From Alphaproteobacteria bacterium (GTDB taxonomy: Bacteria; Pseudomonadota; Alphaproteobacteria; UBA7985; JAUIBT01), in assembly GCA_030428565.1 (NCBI GenBank), contig JAUIDR010000009.1, positions 9,986 through 73,985 of the forward strand: DNA of 64,000 nucleotides, read 5' to 3'. Position numbers and translations under genes: made by a program. Shown piece by piece: positions 38,756 through 49,100 of this stretch; within the stretch, counting starts at the first letter, position 1, and the number at the start of each line of letters is the position of its first letter. The notes under the pieces were generated by a model. That model had not been told where the DNA came from, did not search any database, and was given only the letters and a program-made list of their open reading frames with translations.

Positions 38756-40759
38756 CTAGACCAATTTTCGCGGTTTCTTAACTTCGTAATCTTCTTCGAA
38801 AAACAGCTCGTCTTCGATGAAGCATTCCAGCCGCGCGGTGGCGTAGTAGTAGTCGTGGTCGCAGGTCATGGTGCCACTGGCCACCGTGCGCCACATGGCC
38901 CCCGGGCGGCCCCCTTCTTTGCGCCAAGTGATATCCGCGCGCGCCGAATGCGGGTCGTCGGGATGCACCGCCCACCGCTCGCTGGTCTGCGAGCCCGAGA
39001 TCAAGCCGTGCTCCAAATCGCGGTTCTTACCCGCGTCGATTTCGATCTGCACCACCACTTCGCCGGTGGCGGGGTCGCGCGACCATTGCCGCTCATAGGA
39101 CGACGATCGTAGGCTCTCTATCCGCCAGCGCGCGGCGCCTTCCGGTTCTTCGAACTGGCACTCATCGCCGCTGGCCAGCGGGCGCACGGGCAGCTCTATT
39201 AGACCTTCATCTAGGCTTAGTGTCGGCTTGTCTTGCGAGGGCCAAATAAAGGGCCAGTAAGCCGTTGACAGAGCCACGCGCAGGCGGTGGCCTGCCGGGA
39301 TGCGATAGCCAATCTGGTCCAAATCCAGCACGATATCAAAGGCCTTGCCGGGCACGAGCTTTTGCGGTTTGGCGTGCGAACGGTGGTGGCAGAGGTTCAA
39401 GACACCCAAGCCGATGAAGGCCGAGCTGCCGTCTGGGCGCAAGTCGCAAAGACGCACTACCAGGTTGGCGGTCGGCGCATCGCTGGCTAGGCTCATCCGC
39501 AGCACGGGTGCGCCCAACAGGTCCAGGGTCTCCGCCAAGGGTTCCGTATCGAAACAGAGCGACTTGTCATCATCGGCGCTCTGGTCGCCCGCCATCTCAT
39601 CGGCGAATGCAAAAGGGAAGAATTCGGGCGCTTCGCAGCCGACATCCTGGTCAGAACAGACCTGGCCCGAAAGTTTGCCCGGCTCCGCGCTAAGGCCCGC
39701 GTCGGTCAAGTGAAAACGCAGCGGCGCGATATTGGGCGATGGCCACTGATCCTCGGCGATCCATCGGCCCGGGCGCTCATCGTACCAGCGCTGTGGGGCC
39801 ACGCTATCCATCAGGTAGGCGCGGTAGGCGGGCAGCTTGTCAGCACCCGTGTCGTGGCCCTTCAAATACTGATCCCACCAGCGCTTGCATTCTTGCAAGA
39901 AGCCGATCGCGGGCTTGGGTCCGGCGTAATGCGGATACTTGTGGTTCCAAGGTCCGACCAATCCCTTTACCGGCGCGTCCAGATTGGCGACCAGATGCGC
40001 CATGGTGTTGCGATAGCCATCGGCCCAGCCGCCGACGGTCAGGACCGCTGCTTGGATTGCGCTATAGTCCTCACAGACCGAGCCATGCTGCCAGTAGGCG
40101 TCGCGATGCTGATGCTCCAACCAGGGCTCTAGCAAGAAATCTTGGCCGTCAAGGCGGGTATGCCACATCTCGCGCCAACGGTTTGCGCCCACCAACTCGG
40201 GGTCTGGCGGGCGGCTCATGTAGGACAGCATGTTCATCGCCCAGCCGAAGTTTTCGATCAGCTGACAGCCGCCCTTGTAGTGGATATCGTCGGCGAAGCG
40301 ATCCACCGTCGAACAGACGGTAACGACCGCCTTGAGCGCGGGCGGGCGCAGGGCCGCCAATTGCAGGCCATTAAAGCCGCCCCACGAGATGCCAATCATG
40401 CCCACCGCGCCACTGCACCAGGGCTGTTCTGCGATCCAAGCGATGACGTCTTGGCCGTCTTGCATTTCTTGCGGCGAATACTCGTCGTCGAAAATGCCTT
40501 CGGACTCGCCCGACCCGCGCATATCGACCCGCACACAGGCATAGCCGTGCCCGGCGGTCCAGGGGTGCGAGAACTCATCGCGCTCTATGGTGCCGTCGCG
40601 CTTGCGGTAGGGCAGAAATTCCAAAATGGCTGGCACTGGATTTTGTGCGGCATCTTCCGGCATCCAGACCCGCGCTGATAAACGAGTCCCATCGGGCAGG
40701 GTGATGCCCATGTCCGGGGTCTCGACTACTTTGTGCGGAAAGTCGGTGACGATGCGCAT
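38756..40759 (-). CDS. CocE/NonD-family alpha/beta hydrolase (X-Pro dipeptidyl-peptidase S15 family)
   Basis: Contains the nucleophile region GISWGG and a C-terminal beta-sandwich domain. The start was chosen at MRIVTDF (40759), which has the RBS GGAGG. Confidence 0.8.
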   Translation of the reverse strand: MRIVTDFPHKVVETPDMGITLPDGTRLSARVWMPEDAAQNPVPAILEFLPYRKRDGTIERDEFSHPWTAGHGYACVRVDMRGSGESEGIFDDEYSPQEMQDGQDVIAWIAEQPWCSGAVGMIGISWGGFNGLQLAALRPPALKAVVTVCSTVDRFADDIHYKGGCQLIENFGWAMNMLSYMSRPPDPELVGANRWREMWHTRLDGQDFLLEPWLEHQHRDAYWQHGSVCEDYSAIQAAVLTVGGWADGYRNTMAHLVANLDAPVKGLVGPWNHKYPHYAGPKPAIGFLQECKRWWDQYLKGHDTGADKLPAYRAYLMDSVAPQRWYDERPGRWIAEDQWPSPNIAPLRFHLTDAGLSAEPGKLSGQVCSDQDVGCEAPEFFPFAFADEMAGDQSADDDKSLCFDTEPLAETLDLLGAPVLRMSLASDAPTANLVVRLCDLRPDGSSAFIGLGVLNLCHHRSHAKPQKLVPGKAFDIVLDLDQIGYRIPAGHRLRVALSTAYWPFIWPSQDKPTLSLDEGLIELPVRPLASGDECQFEEPEGAARWRIESLRSSSYERQWSRDPATGEVVVQIEIDAGKNRDLEHGLISGSQTSERWAVHPDDPHSARADITWRKEGGRPGAMWRTVASGTMTCDHDYYYATARLECFIEDELFFEEDYEVKKPRKLV

Positions 40760-40954
40760 GCTGCCTCCTGTGGTGCCATTGTGCGGGCGTTTTTGTTGTG
40801 GCCTGTCTTGACCTGCCCTCAAAAGCGGAGCATGGCAAAGGGAGACCCAAAAAGCACGCGGAAAAACGCGCCCCAAACCGATCAAGCGTTTCGGCACAAG
40901 CTGTTGCCCATTTCTTAGGCTTTATCGGTCCATCGCAAACGCCAAGGAGAGCCC

Positions 40955-41968
40955 ATGAGCACCAATGCCGCCCCGCTGCCCCCGCCTCCGCCGGGCTCTG
41001 GCTTGCGCAACAAGGCTTTGGCAGCTAGCGCCATCTGGGGCCCCCTGGCTGCCGTCGGCGCCTCCTTTGCCTTCGTCACCAACGACGCGCTGATGAAGCT
41101 GCAATCGGCCAACTTTTCATTGCATGAGTTGGTGTTCTTTCGAACCCTAATCGGGATGATTTTCATCACAGCGGTCGTCATGCCGTTTGACGGTGGGCTT
41201 GTCTCGCTGCGCACAAAACGCTGGCGGCTGCACTTGCTGCGCGGGCTCTGTGTGGTCTTTGCCAACATGACCTTTTTTGCGGGCCTATCCGTCCTGCCCA
41301 TCGCGACGTCAACGGCGATCTTTTTCGTCTCCCCGCTGATAATCACCTGCTTTTCCTTCTTCTTTTTGGGCGAGCGTGTCGGCCCCCATCGTTGGGCCGC
41401 GGTCGCTTGCGGCCTGCTGGGTGTGCTGATCATCTTTGATCTCAGCGGCCAACGCCTGCAATGGGCGCTGCTGTTGCCACTGGCGGCCTCGTTTGGCTAT
41501 GCGGGGCTGCACACACTGACCCGTGTCATCGGCACCACCGACAAGACGGCGGCCATGACGTTCTATGTCTCGCTTTCCTTTTTGGCCATCAGCCTAGGCA
41601 TGGGTTTGGTCTTCGGCAGCGGCTGGCTGTACCCCGGCGGCGACGGTCCGCTGTCGTTCTTGCTGCGCGCCTGGCGTTGGCCGCAGGGTAGCGAATGGTA
41701 TTTCGTGCTCGCCCTGGGCATGACCAGCAGCATTGGCGGCCTCTTGATTACCCTAGCTTACCGCAAGTCCGACGCCAGCCTCATCGCGCCAGTCGAATAC
41801 ATCTCTATGCCGATTTCCATCGTTTGGGGCTTGGTGTTGTTTTCAACCTGGCCCGAACCGCGCGTTTGGTGGGGCAGCGCTCTGATCATCGCCGGCGGGC
41901 TCTACAGCCTATGGCGCGAGCATCGCCGCAATCGCGTGCCGATCGAACGCCTAGGGCCGCGGCGCTGA
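40955..41968 (+). CDS. DMT-superfamily (EamA-like) transporter
   Basis: It has ten predicted TM helices and an EamA duplication pattern. It is 337 aa. Confidence 0.75.
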   Translation: MSTNAAPLPPPPPGSGLRNKALAASAIWGPLAAVGASFAFVTNDALMKLQSANFSLHELVFFRTLIGMIFITAVVMPFDGGLVSLRTKRWRLHLLRGLCVVFANMTFFAGLSVLPIATSTAIFFVSPLIITCFSFFFLGERVGPHRWAAVACGLLGVLIIFDLSGQRLQWALLLPLAASFGYAGLHTLTRVIGTTDKTAAMTFYVSLSFLAISLGMGLVFGSGWLYPGGDGPLSFLLRAWRWPQGSEWYFVLALGMTSSIGGLLITLAYRKSDASLIAPVEYISMPISIVWGLVLFSTWPEPRVWWGSALIIAGGLYSLWREHRRNRVPIERLGPRR

Positions 41969-42010
41969 CGGAAGCCGAGAGAAACACAGATCTCAAGTTA
42001 TGATCGGACA

Positions 42011-42046
42011 AAAGAAAAGGGGCCTCGTGAAAGGCCCCTTTTTTGC
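42011..42046. terminator. bidirectional rho-independent terminator (plus an adjacent UUCG-tetraloop hairpin at 42051-42068)
   Basis: The sequence is AAAAGGGGCC-tcgtgaa-AGGCCCCTTTTTT. It lies between the convergent DMT gene (+) and the secreted-protein gene (-). Confidence 0.8.
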
Positions 42047-42075
42047 TTTGGCCCGCCCGAAGGGCGGCGGCTGGT

Positions 42076-42771
42076 TTAGCGCCAAGTGGTAAAGCGCAGC
42101 TTCATGGTCTTCGGAGAACCCGCGCTTAGCGCCATCAAGCGGAAGGTTGCAACGCGACCTTCGTTGGTCCTTGCGCATAGGCGGGTCCCGACCGGAATAT
42201 CCGCTAGCGACAGACGCGCAGCGCTCATGCGGGCGTTTTTACAACCGTTGAAGTTGGCATTGCCGGCGCCAACGATACCGATCTTGGCCCCATTGCGCGG
42301 CACCAGATAGAGGCGATGCGCGGTCTCGGCCTGGAACCAAACGTCCGCACCGTGCTGATGCACGCCGCCGTCATCCAGATCGAACAAGTAGGTCTGTGGT
42401 ACGGAAAGCTGACCTTGGGTATGGATGGGGTGCAGCAGGTTGCCGATCGGCAAGCAGTTAAAGCCACCGGCGACCGCCGTGCAGACGTTGCCTACCGGAG
42501 CGTTGCGCTGGATGCGACCACCCGCGCCGTTGGGACCGTATTTACATTGCAGGGCGGTTTTGCCGCCGATCTGCACAACTTCGGTCCCGGTCAGGCGCGA
42601 GACGTAGGGCGTACTCCACCAGCCATTGGGCAGATGGGTCGTGACCTCGCGTTTGACTTGTTGGACCGGGCAATTAATCGAGGCGGCGGAGGCCTGACCG
42701 GCCAAAGTCGTCAGCGCAGCGCCAGCCAAAGTGATAAGAAAAAATCGAGAAATACTCTGTGAAAGTCGCAT
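42076..42771 (-). CDS. hypothetical secreted protein, Cys-containing
   Basis: It has the signal peptide MRLSQSISRFFLITLAGAALTTLAGQASA. It is 231 aa and no family was recognised. Confidence 0.5.
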   Translation of the reverse strand: MRLSQSISRFFLITLAGAALTTLAGQASAASINCPVQQVKREVTTHLPNGWWSTPYVSRLTGTEVVQIGGKTALQCKYGPNGAGGRIQRNAPVGNVCTAVAGGFNCLPIGNLLHPIHTQGQLSVPQTYLFDLDDGGVHQHGADVWFQAETAHRLYLVPRNGAKIGIVGAGNANFNGCKNARMSAARLSLADIPVGTRLCARTNEGRVATFRLMALSAGSPKTMKLRFTTWR

Positions 42772-42923
42772 GGGTCGGTTCCTTTTATTGTGTGTGATCT
42801 TGGATATCAAAACACAACTGAACCAAATCTGAACGCTCGTCTGATTGCGGATAGGTATTTCTACGAGGGCGCTCAGCGCAGGCCCAGTCGGCGAGCGCAA
42901 AACGCACCCGCCACACACACGGC

Positions 42924-43754
42924 CTAGCTGGCGTAGTTCGAACCTTCCTCGTCCAAGATGGCCATGAGTTCGCTCATATGCCGCTCGGCCTGGCCGGGGT
43001 AAGTCTCGATCTCATGCGCGGTTTTTTCAGCGATTTCATCGGACAAGACCCGCAGCGGTCGTCCGGTCTGCAGCGCGCGAATATAGGTCTCTGCTGCGCG
43101 CTCAAAATAGTAGAGGCGGTTAAAGGTCTCGGCCACAGTATCTCCGATCACCAGCACACCGTGGTTGCCCATGATCAGCGTTTTGACCTTGGGATCCGCT
43201 AGCAGCGTCGCGCAACGCGCGCCTTCATCCTCGAAGGCGAGACCGCCGAAGTCGTTGTCGATGGCATAGCGGTTAAAGAATGTCGCGGTATTCTGGTCGA
43301 TCGGCGGCATGTTACTGTCTTCCAAGCTGGCCAGTACGGTCGCGTGGATCGAGTGAACGTGCATGAGGCAGCGCGCGTGCGGGCACAGTCGATGCACCGA
43401 GCCGTGCAGGCCCCAGGCGGTCGGATCGGGCGCATCGGGGCGCTCGAGCGTGCTGGGATCGTTGGCATCCAACAGCAGCAGGTCTGAGGCTTTTATGCGG
43501 CGGAAGTGCATCTGGTTGGGGTTCATCAAGAACTGGCTGCCGTCCTCGTTGACCGCCAGGCTGAAATGGTTGGCCACCGCCTCGTGAAAATTGAGGCGCT
43601 CGGTCCAACGAAAGGCCGCCGCCATTTCGATGCGTTGCGGCCAGTGCTGCATATTGGCGCCCAGCGTTGTGCCAGAAGCTGTGCCAGAAGTTTTGTCAGA
43701 AGTTTTGTCAGAAATTTTGCCTGACGTTGGGTTAAGGGCGGTGACGCTGTTCAT
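42924..43754 (-). CDS. class II aldolase/adducin-family protein with a low-complexity N-terminal tail
   Basis: The core has the class II aldolase His ligands (HVHSIHA...). The N-terminus encodes the (T/I)S(D/G)(K/T) repeats from a 12-nt tandem DNA repeat. Confidence 0.7.
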   Translation of the reverse strand: MNSVTALNPTSGKISDKTSDKTSGTASGTTLGANMQHWPQRIEMAAAFRWTERLNFHEAVANHFSLAVNEDGSQFLMNPNQMHFRRIKASDLLLLDANDPSTLERPDAPDPTAWGLHGSVHRLCPHARCLMHVHSIHATVLASLEDSNMPPIDQNTATFFNRYAIDNDFGGLAFEDEGARCATLLADPKVKTLIMGNHGVLVIGDTVAETFNRLYYFERAAETYIRALQTGRPLRVLSDEIAEKTAHEIETYPGQAERHMSELMAILDEEGSNYAS

Positions 43755-43905
43755 GGCTTCCTCCAGGAAAAAAACTGCGCGCAGCATGGCGCACAAAGGC
43801 CTCGATTTACAAACAAAGCTTTTGCAGCCCACTCATAAGTTTTACTAATGCAACGTTTGCGCATAAAGCGAAGCGCTCACCGTGATTTTTTGATGAAAGC
43901 AGCTC

Positions 43906-44811
43906 ATGAAAGCCAAGCGTGCCAGCGCCACCGCTCCCTTTCCGCCGCTGGCCTGGTTGCGTGCCTTTGAGGCGGCGGCGCGTCACCTGTCTTTCACGCT
44001 GGCGGCCAAAGAGCTGAACATGACCCAATCATCGGTCTCTCAACACGTGCGCAATCTGGAACAGTGGTTGGGGCGCGAATTATTCGTGCGCCAGACCCGC
44101 GCCATTGCGCTGACCGAAGCGGGAGCCAACTACCTGCCGGTGGTGCGCGAAGCCTTCGGCGTATTGGCGCGCGGCACCCGCGCTTTCGTCGGCAGCGATC
44201 CCGGCCAAGAGCTGCGCTTGCTCTGCAATTTGACCTTTGCCACCTGGTGGCTAACGCCGCGCCTTGGCCGCCTTATGGCCGCGCACCCTTGGCTACGTTT
44301 GAATATTCAGACCGCCACTTGGGGCGTCGAAGCCCTGGGTACGGGCAGCGGCGGGCTCAATTGGGATCTAGAGATCCGCTTTGGGCGCCCGCACGACATG
44401 TCTGCCTCAGCCGAGTTGTTGCTCGAAGAGACCACCACACCCATTTGCCACCAAGATTTTGCACAAGGCGCGCCGGACTGGCGGCGCGATGCCTTGTTCG
44501 ACTGCGCCGGGGTTGTCTCCAATTGGGAAGCTTGGCTCGATAGCCAGGGCGAGAGCCTGCCGCCGGGCAAGACCATTCATACCGCCTCGACCTATATCAT
44601 TGCCCTGACGGCGGCGGTCAACGGCCACGGCCTGGCACTGGCGCAAGGCTTTATGATCGATAGCCTGTCCCAGACCTTTGACCTGCGCACACCGTTCGCG
44701 CACCGCATGCCCTTGTTTGAGGCCTATTTCTTGCTGCCGCCACCCGACCATCGCCAGACCCCAGCCACCCGCGCTTTCATGGATTGGATTGCAGCCGAGT
44801 TCGCGCGCTAG
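43906..44811 (+). CDS. LysR-family transcriptional regulator
   Basis: It has the N-terminal HTH LSFTLAAKELNMTQSSVSQHVRNLE and a C-terminal LysR substrate-binding domain. Confidence 0.85.
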   Translation: MKAKRASATAPFPPLAWLRAFEAAARHLSFTLAAKELNMTQSSVSQHVRNLEQWLGRELFVRQTRAIALTEAGANYLPVVREAFGVLARGTRAFVGSDPGQELRLLCNLTFATWWLTPRLGRLMAAHPWLRLNIQTATWGVEALGTGSGGLNWDLEIRFGRPHDMSASAELLLEETTTPICHQDFAQGAPDWRRDALFDCAGVVSNWEAWLDSQGESLPPGKTIHTASTYIIALTAAVNGHGLALAQGFMIDSLSQTFDLRTPFAHRMPLFEAYFLLPPPDHRQTPATRAFMDWIAAEFAR

Positions 44812-44925
44812 CGGCAAAACCGCGTCGCATTTGGCGCATTTAGTCGATGGGGGTCGCAATCAAACAAAGGTCCGCGCTTTGCTTGGCGTAGTGCTAAGGA
44901 CATGTTTGCCGACTTAGGAGCCACC

Positions 44926-46086
44926 CGCATGACCAACCTCGCCTCGACGCTGGACATTCTTGATAAGCTCATCGCTTTTCCGACGGTCTCGACCGACAGC
45001 AACCTTGCGCTAATCGACTACTGCTCGGAATACCTGGAAGAGCAGGGCGCGCGCGTGCAGGTTTTCGAAAACGAGGACGGCACAAAGGCCAATTTGTTCG
45101 CGACCCTCGGCCCCGAGGCCGATGGTGGGATTGTGCTGTCCGGTCACTCGGATGTCGTGCCCGCCGAAGAAGAAGGCTGGCAATCCGACCCTTTCCGTAT
45201 GCACGATGACGGCAACCAAGTTTTTGGCCGCGGCACCTGCGATATGAAGGGTTTTATCGCTGCTGTTATGGCGTTGGCGCCCACCTATGCTGACCTGCAA
45301 CTGCGCCGCCCGATCCACTTCAGCTTCACCCACGATGAAGAGACCGGCTGCCTGGGCGCGCAAGACCTAGTGGGCCAATTGCGCGATCAGGGTCTTAAAC
45401 CGGCGGTCGCTATCATCGGCGAACCCACCGAGATGCGCATCATCGAGGGCCACAAGGGATGCTGCGAATACACCACCCACTTCAAGGGCTTGGAAGGCCA
45501 TGGCTCGCAGCCCGATTTGGGTGTGTCAGCGGTCGAGTACGCCACGCGCTACGTCGGGCGCCTGCTGGAACTGCGCGAAGCGCTGAAGCAGCGCAGCCCG
45601 GCCGGCAGCAAATTTGATCCGCCTTGGTCCACCTTGCAAATCGGACGCATCGAGGGCGGCGTCGCACACAACGTCATTGCGGGCGATTGTCGCGTCGATT
45701 GGGAGACGCGCCCGGTCGTGGCCGCCGATCTGGCCTTCGTCAAGCAAGCTATGAAAGACTATTGCGATCAGCAGCTCTTGCCCGCCATGCGCGCCGTCCA
45801 TCCCGATGCGGACATCCTCACTGAAGTAATCGGAGAGGTCGCGGGCCTAGAACCCATGAGCGAAAACGAAGCGCTGCGCCTGGTTCAGGAGCTGACGGGG
45901 GCCAACGCCGCCGACTTGGTGGCCTTTGGCACCGAAGCCGGGCTGTTCCAATCGCTCGGAATGTCGGCGGTGGTCTGCGGTCCAGGCTCGATCCAGCAGG
46001 CGCACAAGGCGAATGAATACGTCTGCTTGGATCAGCTCCAGCGCTGCATCGCCATGCTAGAAGGCTTGCAAACAAAGCTGGTATAG
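44926..46086 (+). CDS. argE: acetylornithine deacetylase (M20 family)
   Basis: It is collinear with E. coli ArgE (GHSDVVP, GRGTCDMKG, GPGSIQQAHKANEY). An RBS AGGAG lies upstream of the ATG at 44926. Confidence 0.8.
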   Translation, partial: RMTNLASTLDILDKLIAFPTVSTDSNLALIDYCSEYLEEQGARVQVFENEDGTKANLFATLGPEADGGIVLSGHSDVVPAEEEGWQSDPFRMHDDGNQVFGRGTCDMKGFIAAVMALAPTYADLQLRRPIHFSFTHDEETGCLGAQDLVGQLRDQGLKPAVAIIGEPTEMRIIEGHKGCCEYTTHFKGLEGHGSQPDLGVSAVEYATRYVGRLLELREALKQRSPAGSKFDPPWSTLQIGRIEGGVAHNVIAGDCRVDWETRPVVAADLAFVKQAMKDYCDQQLLPAMRAVHPDADILTEVIGEVAGLEPMSENEALRLVQELTGANAADLVAFGTEAGLFQSLGMSAVVCGPGSIQQAHKANEYVCLDQLQRCIAMLEGLQTKLV

Positions 46087-46141
46087 GGCCAAGTTGGCGG
46101 CTGTGCGAACCCTCTAGCCAAAGGCAAGGAGAGCCCCCTTC

Positions 46142-49100
46142 ATGGCCGCCAAGCTGTTTTCGACCCGCAAGCGCCCCGCCCACCTGGGCCCCTATGCCTT
46201 GGAGGCGCTGCGCCGCGGGCCCATGGCTGACTTGGCGCGCGCGCCCAAAGACCCTGCCCTGCGCTTTAGCCGCCCGCAAACGCCCGCCCATATCGCCAAC
46301 GCGATGGCCGACTATCAAGCGACCATGGACGCGATCCGTGACGGCTTGGTCAACGGCGCCAGAGCCGAAATCCCAGCCGATCCGCAAACCCGCGCCCGCC
46401 ACCTTAAGGGCTTTGGCTATTTTTCAGACGCCGACATGGTTGGGATCGGGCCACTAGACCCAGCCTGCTTGCGCGAACAGCCGATCCGCAACCCGGAAAT
46501 CGACCGCCTAGCACAAGACCTCAAGACCCGTCAGACCAAGACGCTGGCATCGGGCATTGATGTCATCATGGCCGACCTCAAGGACTCTATGGCCGCCCCG
46601 CCAAGCGGCATCCAGGGCCACCATACTGCGCTTGTCTTTGCCTACGGCTTTGGCCGCGATCCTGGCCGAGGAGAGCCTGGCCGAGGTGAGCCTGGCACCG
46701 CCTGGATCGAAGACGCTCAAGGCGAACGCGCTTGCCTGCGTGCGGCTGAGACCGCTGTCGTCTTGGCCAACTATATCCGTTTGCTGGGCTTTGACGCCAA
46801 GGCCCACACCGGCACATCAAGCGATGTCTGGTTGGGGCGCTTGGCGCTAGCCTCTGGTCTTGCCAGCTTGGAAGAGGGCGAAATCTGTATCCCTTGGCTG
46901 GGCAATCGCTTCGGTCTGGCGGCGATCACCACCAGCCTTGAGCTTGCCCACGACCAACCCCTAGCGCCGCTCGATCAGCAGCCCTATAGCCTAATCGGTG
47001 GGCTCCACTGGCAGCTGGGGAGTAAGTCGGCCAAGTCGGCGGGTACGCAAGATCCCTTTGCCAAGCGTCCCTACGCAAAGGGCCCGCATCCTTTCGAGAC
47101 CCTCAAGCGCGTTGAAGTGCCCACAACCTATATTGATGAAGCCCACGTTGCGCGCGTGCCCAAGCGCACCGACATGTTCGCGCGCGCGCAGTTTGGTGAT
47201 ATGGGCAAGGCCCTGCAAGCCAACGCCGCTGGTGGCTACTATGCGCGCAAGTCTGCGCCTTCTTACGCGCAACGGCGGATGCTGGGCGCTTTTGTTTTGC
47301 TGCAAGATGGTCAGCCCGCCGCCACGCGCCAGCAGCTCGACCCGCAAGAAGCCGCTGATCTGGTCAAGGCCACCAGCTATTTCCTGGGCATCGATGCGGT
47401 CGGCATCTCGCGTTGCCCCCCTTGGGCTTGGTATTCGCACGATGCGACCGGCGCGGTGATCGAGCCCCAGCACGATCAAGCCATTTCCATGATTACGGAC
47501 CAGGGCTTTGAGACCATGGAAGGAGCCAGCGGCGACGATTGGATTTCGGTCGCCCAGTCCATGCGTGCCTATTTGCGCTTTTCGCTGCTCGGCGGGGTGG
47601 TGGCGCGGCAAATCCGCAATTTGGGCTATTCGGCCAAGGCCCACACGGTGATGGATGGCGAGGTGCTGCAACCCCCGCTGCTGTTGCTGTCCGGTTTGGG
47701 CGAGGTCAGCCGCATCGGCGAGGTCATACTCAACCCCTTCTTGGGTCCACGGCTCAAATCGGGCGTGGTGACGACGGACCTACCGATGGCGCACGATGCG
47801 CCGATTGATTTTGGGCTCCAGCGCTTTTGCGAAGCCTGCAACAAGTGCGCGCGCGAGTGCCCCTCGGGGGCCATCACAGCCGGACCCAAACTCATGTTCA
47901 ACGGCTATGAGATTTGGAAATCCGATAGCCAGAAGTGTGCCACATACCGCATCACGACCGAGGGCGGCGCTATGTGTGGGCGCTGCATGAAGACCTGCCC
48001 TTGGAACCTGGAGGGGCTCTTCGCCGAAAAGCCGTTGCGTTGGCTAGCCTCCAACCTGCCCGGCCTGGCCAAGCCGTTGGCCAAGCTGGACGACCTGGCG
48101 GGCAACGGCGGCCTAAACCCGGTCAAAAAATGGTGGTGGGATATCGAATTGTACGAGGACGGGGCCTATCGCGCGGCGCGCAAACCCATCAACGAGCGCG
48201 ATCTGCAGACCGACCTAGACCTGCGTTATGAAGATCAGACACTCGCCGTCTACCCGGCTCCGCTGGCCCCGCCGCCTTGGCCCTACCCCTTCCCTATGAA
48301 CCGAGAGGCGGGCATCGCAGCCTATGAAGCGCTGATTTCCGCCGATGAGCACAAGTCCAAGCTGGCTGCGGGCGATACCAGTCACCTGCACCGCTACCAG
48401 GTGCCAGAAGATGCCCCCGTGCTTGAGGTGAGGGTCACTAAGGCCGAGGCGATGACGCCCGATATCACCAAGTACGAATTCCAACGCCCGGACGGCAGCG
48501 CTTTGCCTGCATGGAGCGCGGGCGCTCACTTGGACATAGTGGTCGCGCCAGAATTCTTGAGACAGTATTCCATGTCGGGCGACCCCGCCGATACCAGCCG
48601 CTATCAAATTGGCGTCTTGCGCGAAGATGAAGGACGCGGCGGCTCAAAGCTGATGCAGCGCATATTTGGTGAGGGACGGCGGGTCTTTATCTCCAGACCC
48701 ATCAACCACTTTGAGCTGGACGAGAGCGCCAGTAAGACCTTTTTGATGGGCGGCGGCATCGGCGTCACGCCCATGATTGCCTTTGCTCACCGATTGCATG
48801 CTCTGGGCAAGGACTTCGCCTTTCACTACTCATGCTCGCGCAGAGATCACGCCGGCTACCTGGACGAACTTGCCGCCGTGGCTTGGGCAGATCGCGTGAG
48901 ATACCATTTTTCTGACGAAGGCAGCCGCGCCGATTTGAATGCCATTTTGGCGGGCTATCAGCCGGGCTGGCATGTCTATACCTGCGGGCCGGATCGCTAC
49001 ATGGACGGGGTCATCGAGGCCGCCGAGCGCCAGGGTTTCCCCGAAGAAGCTCGGCATTTGGAGTATTTCTCAGTACCCGAGCAGCCCGACTATGTGAACC

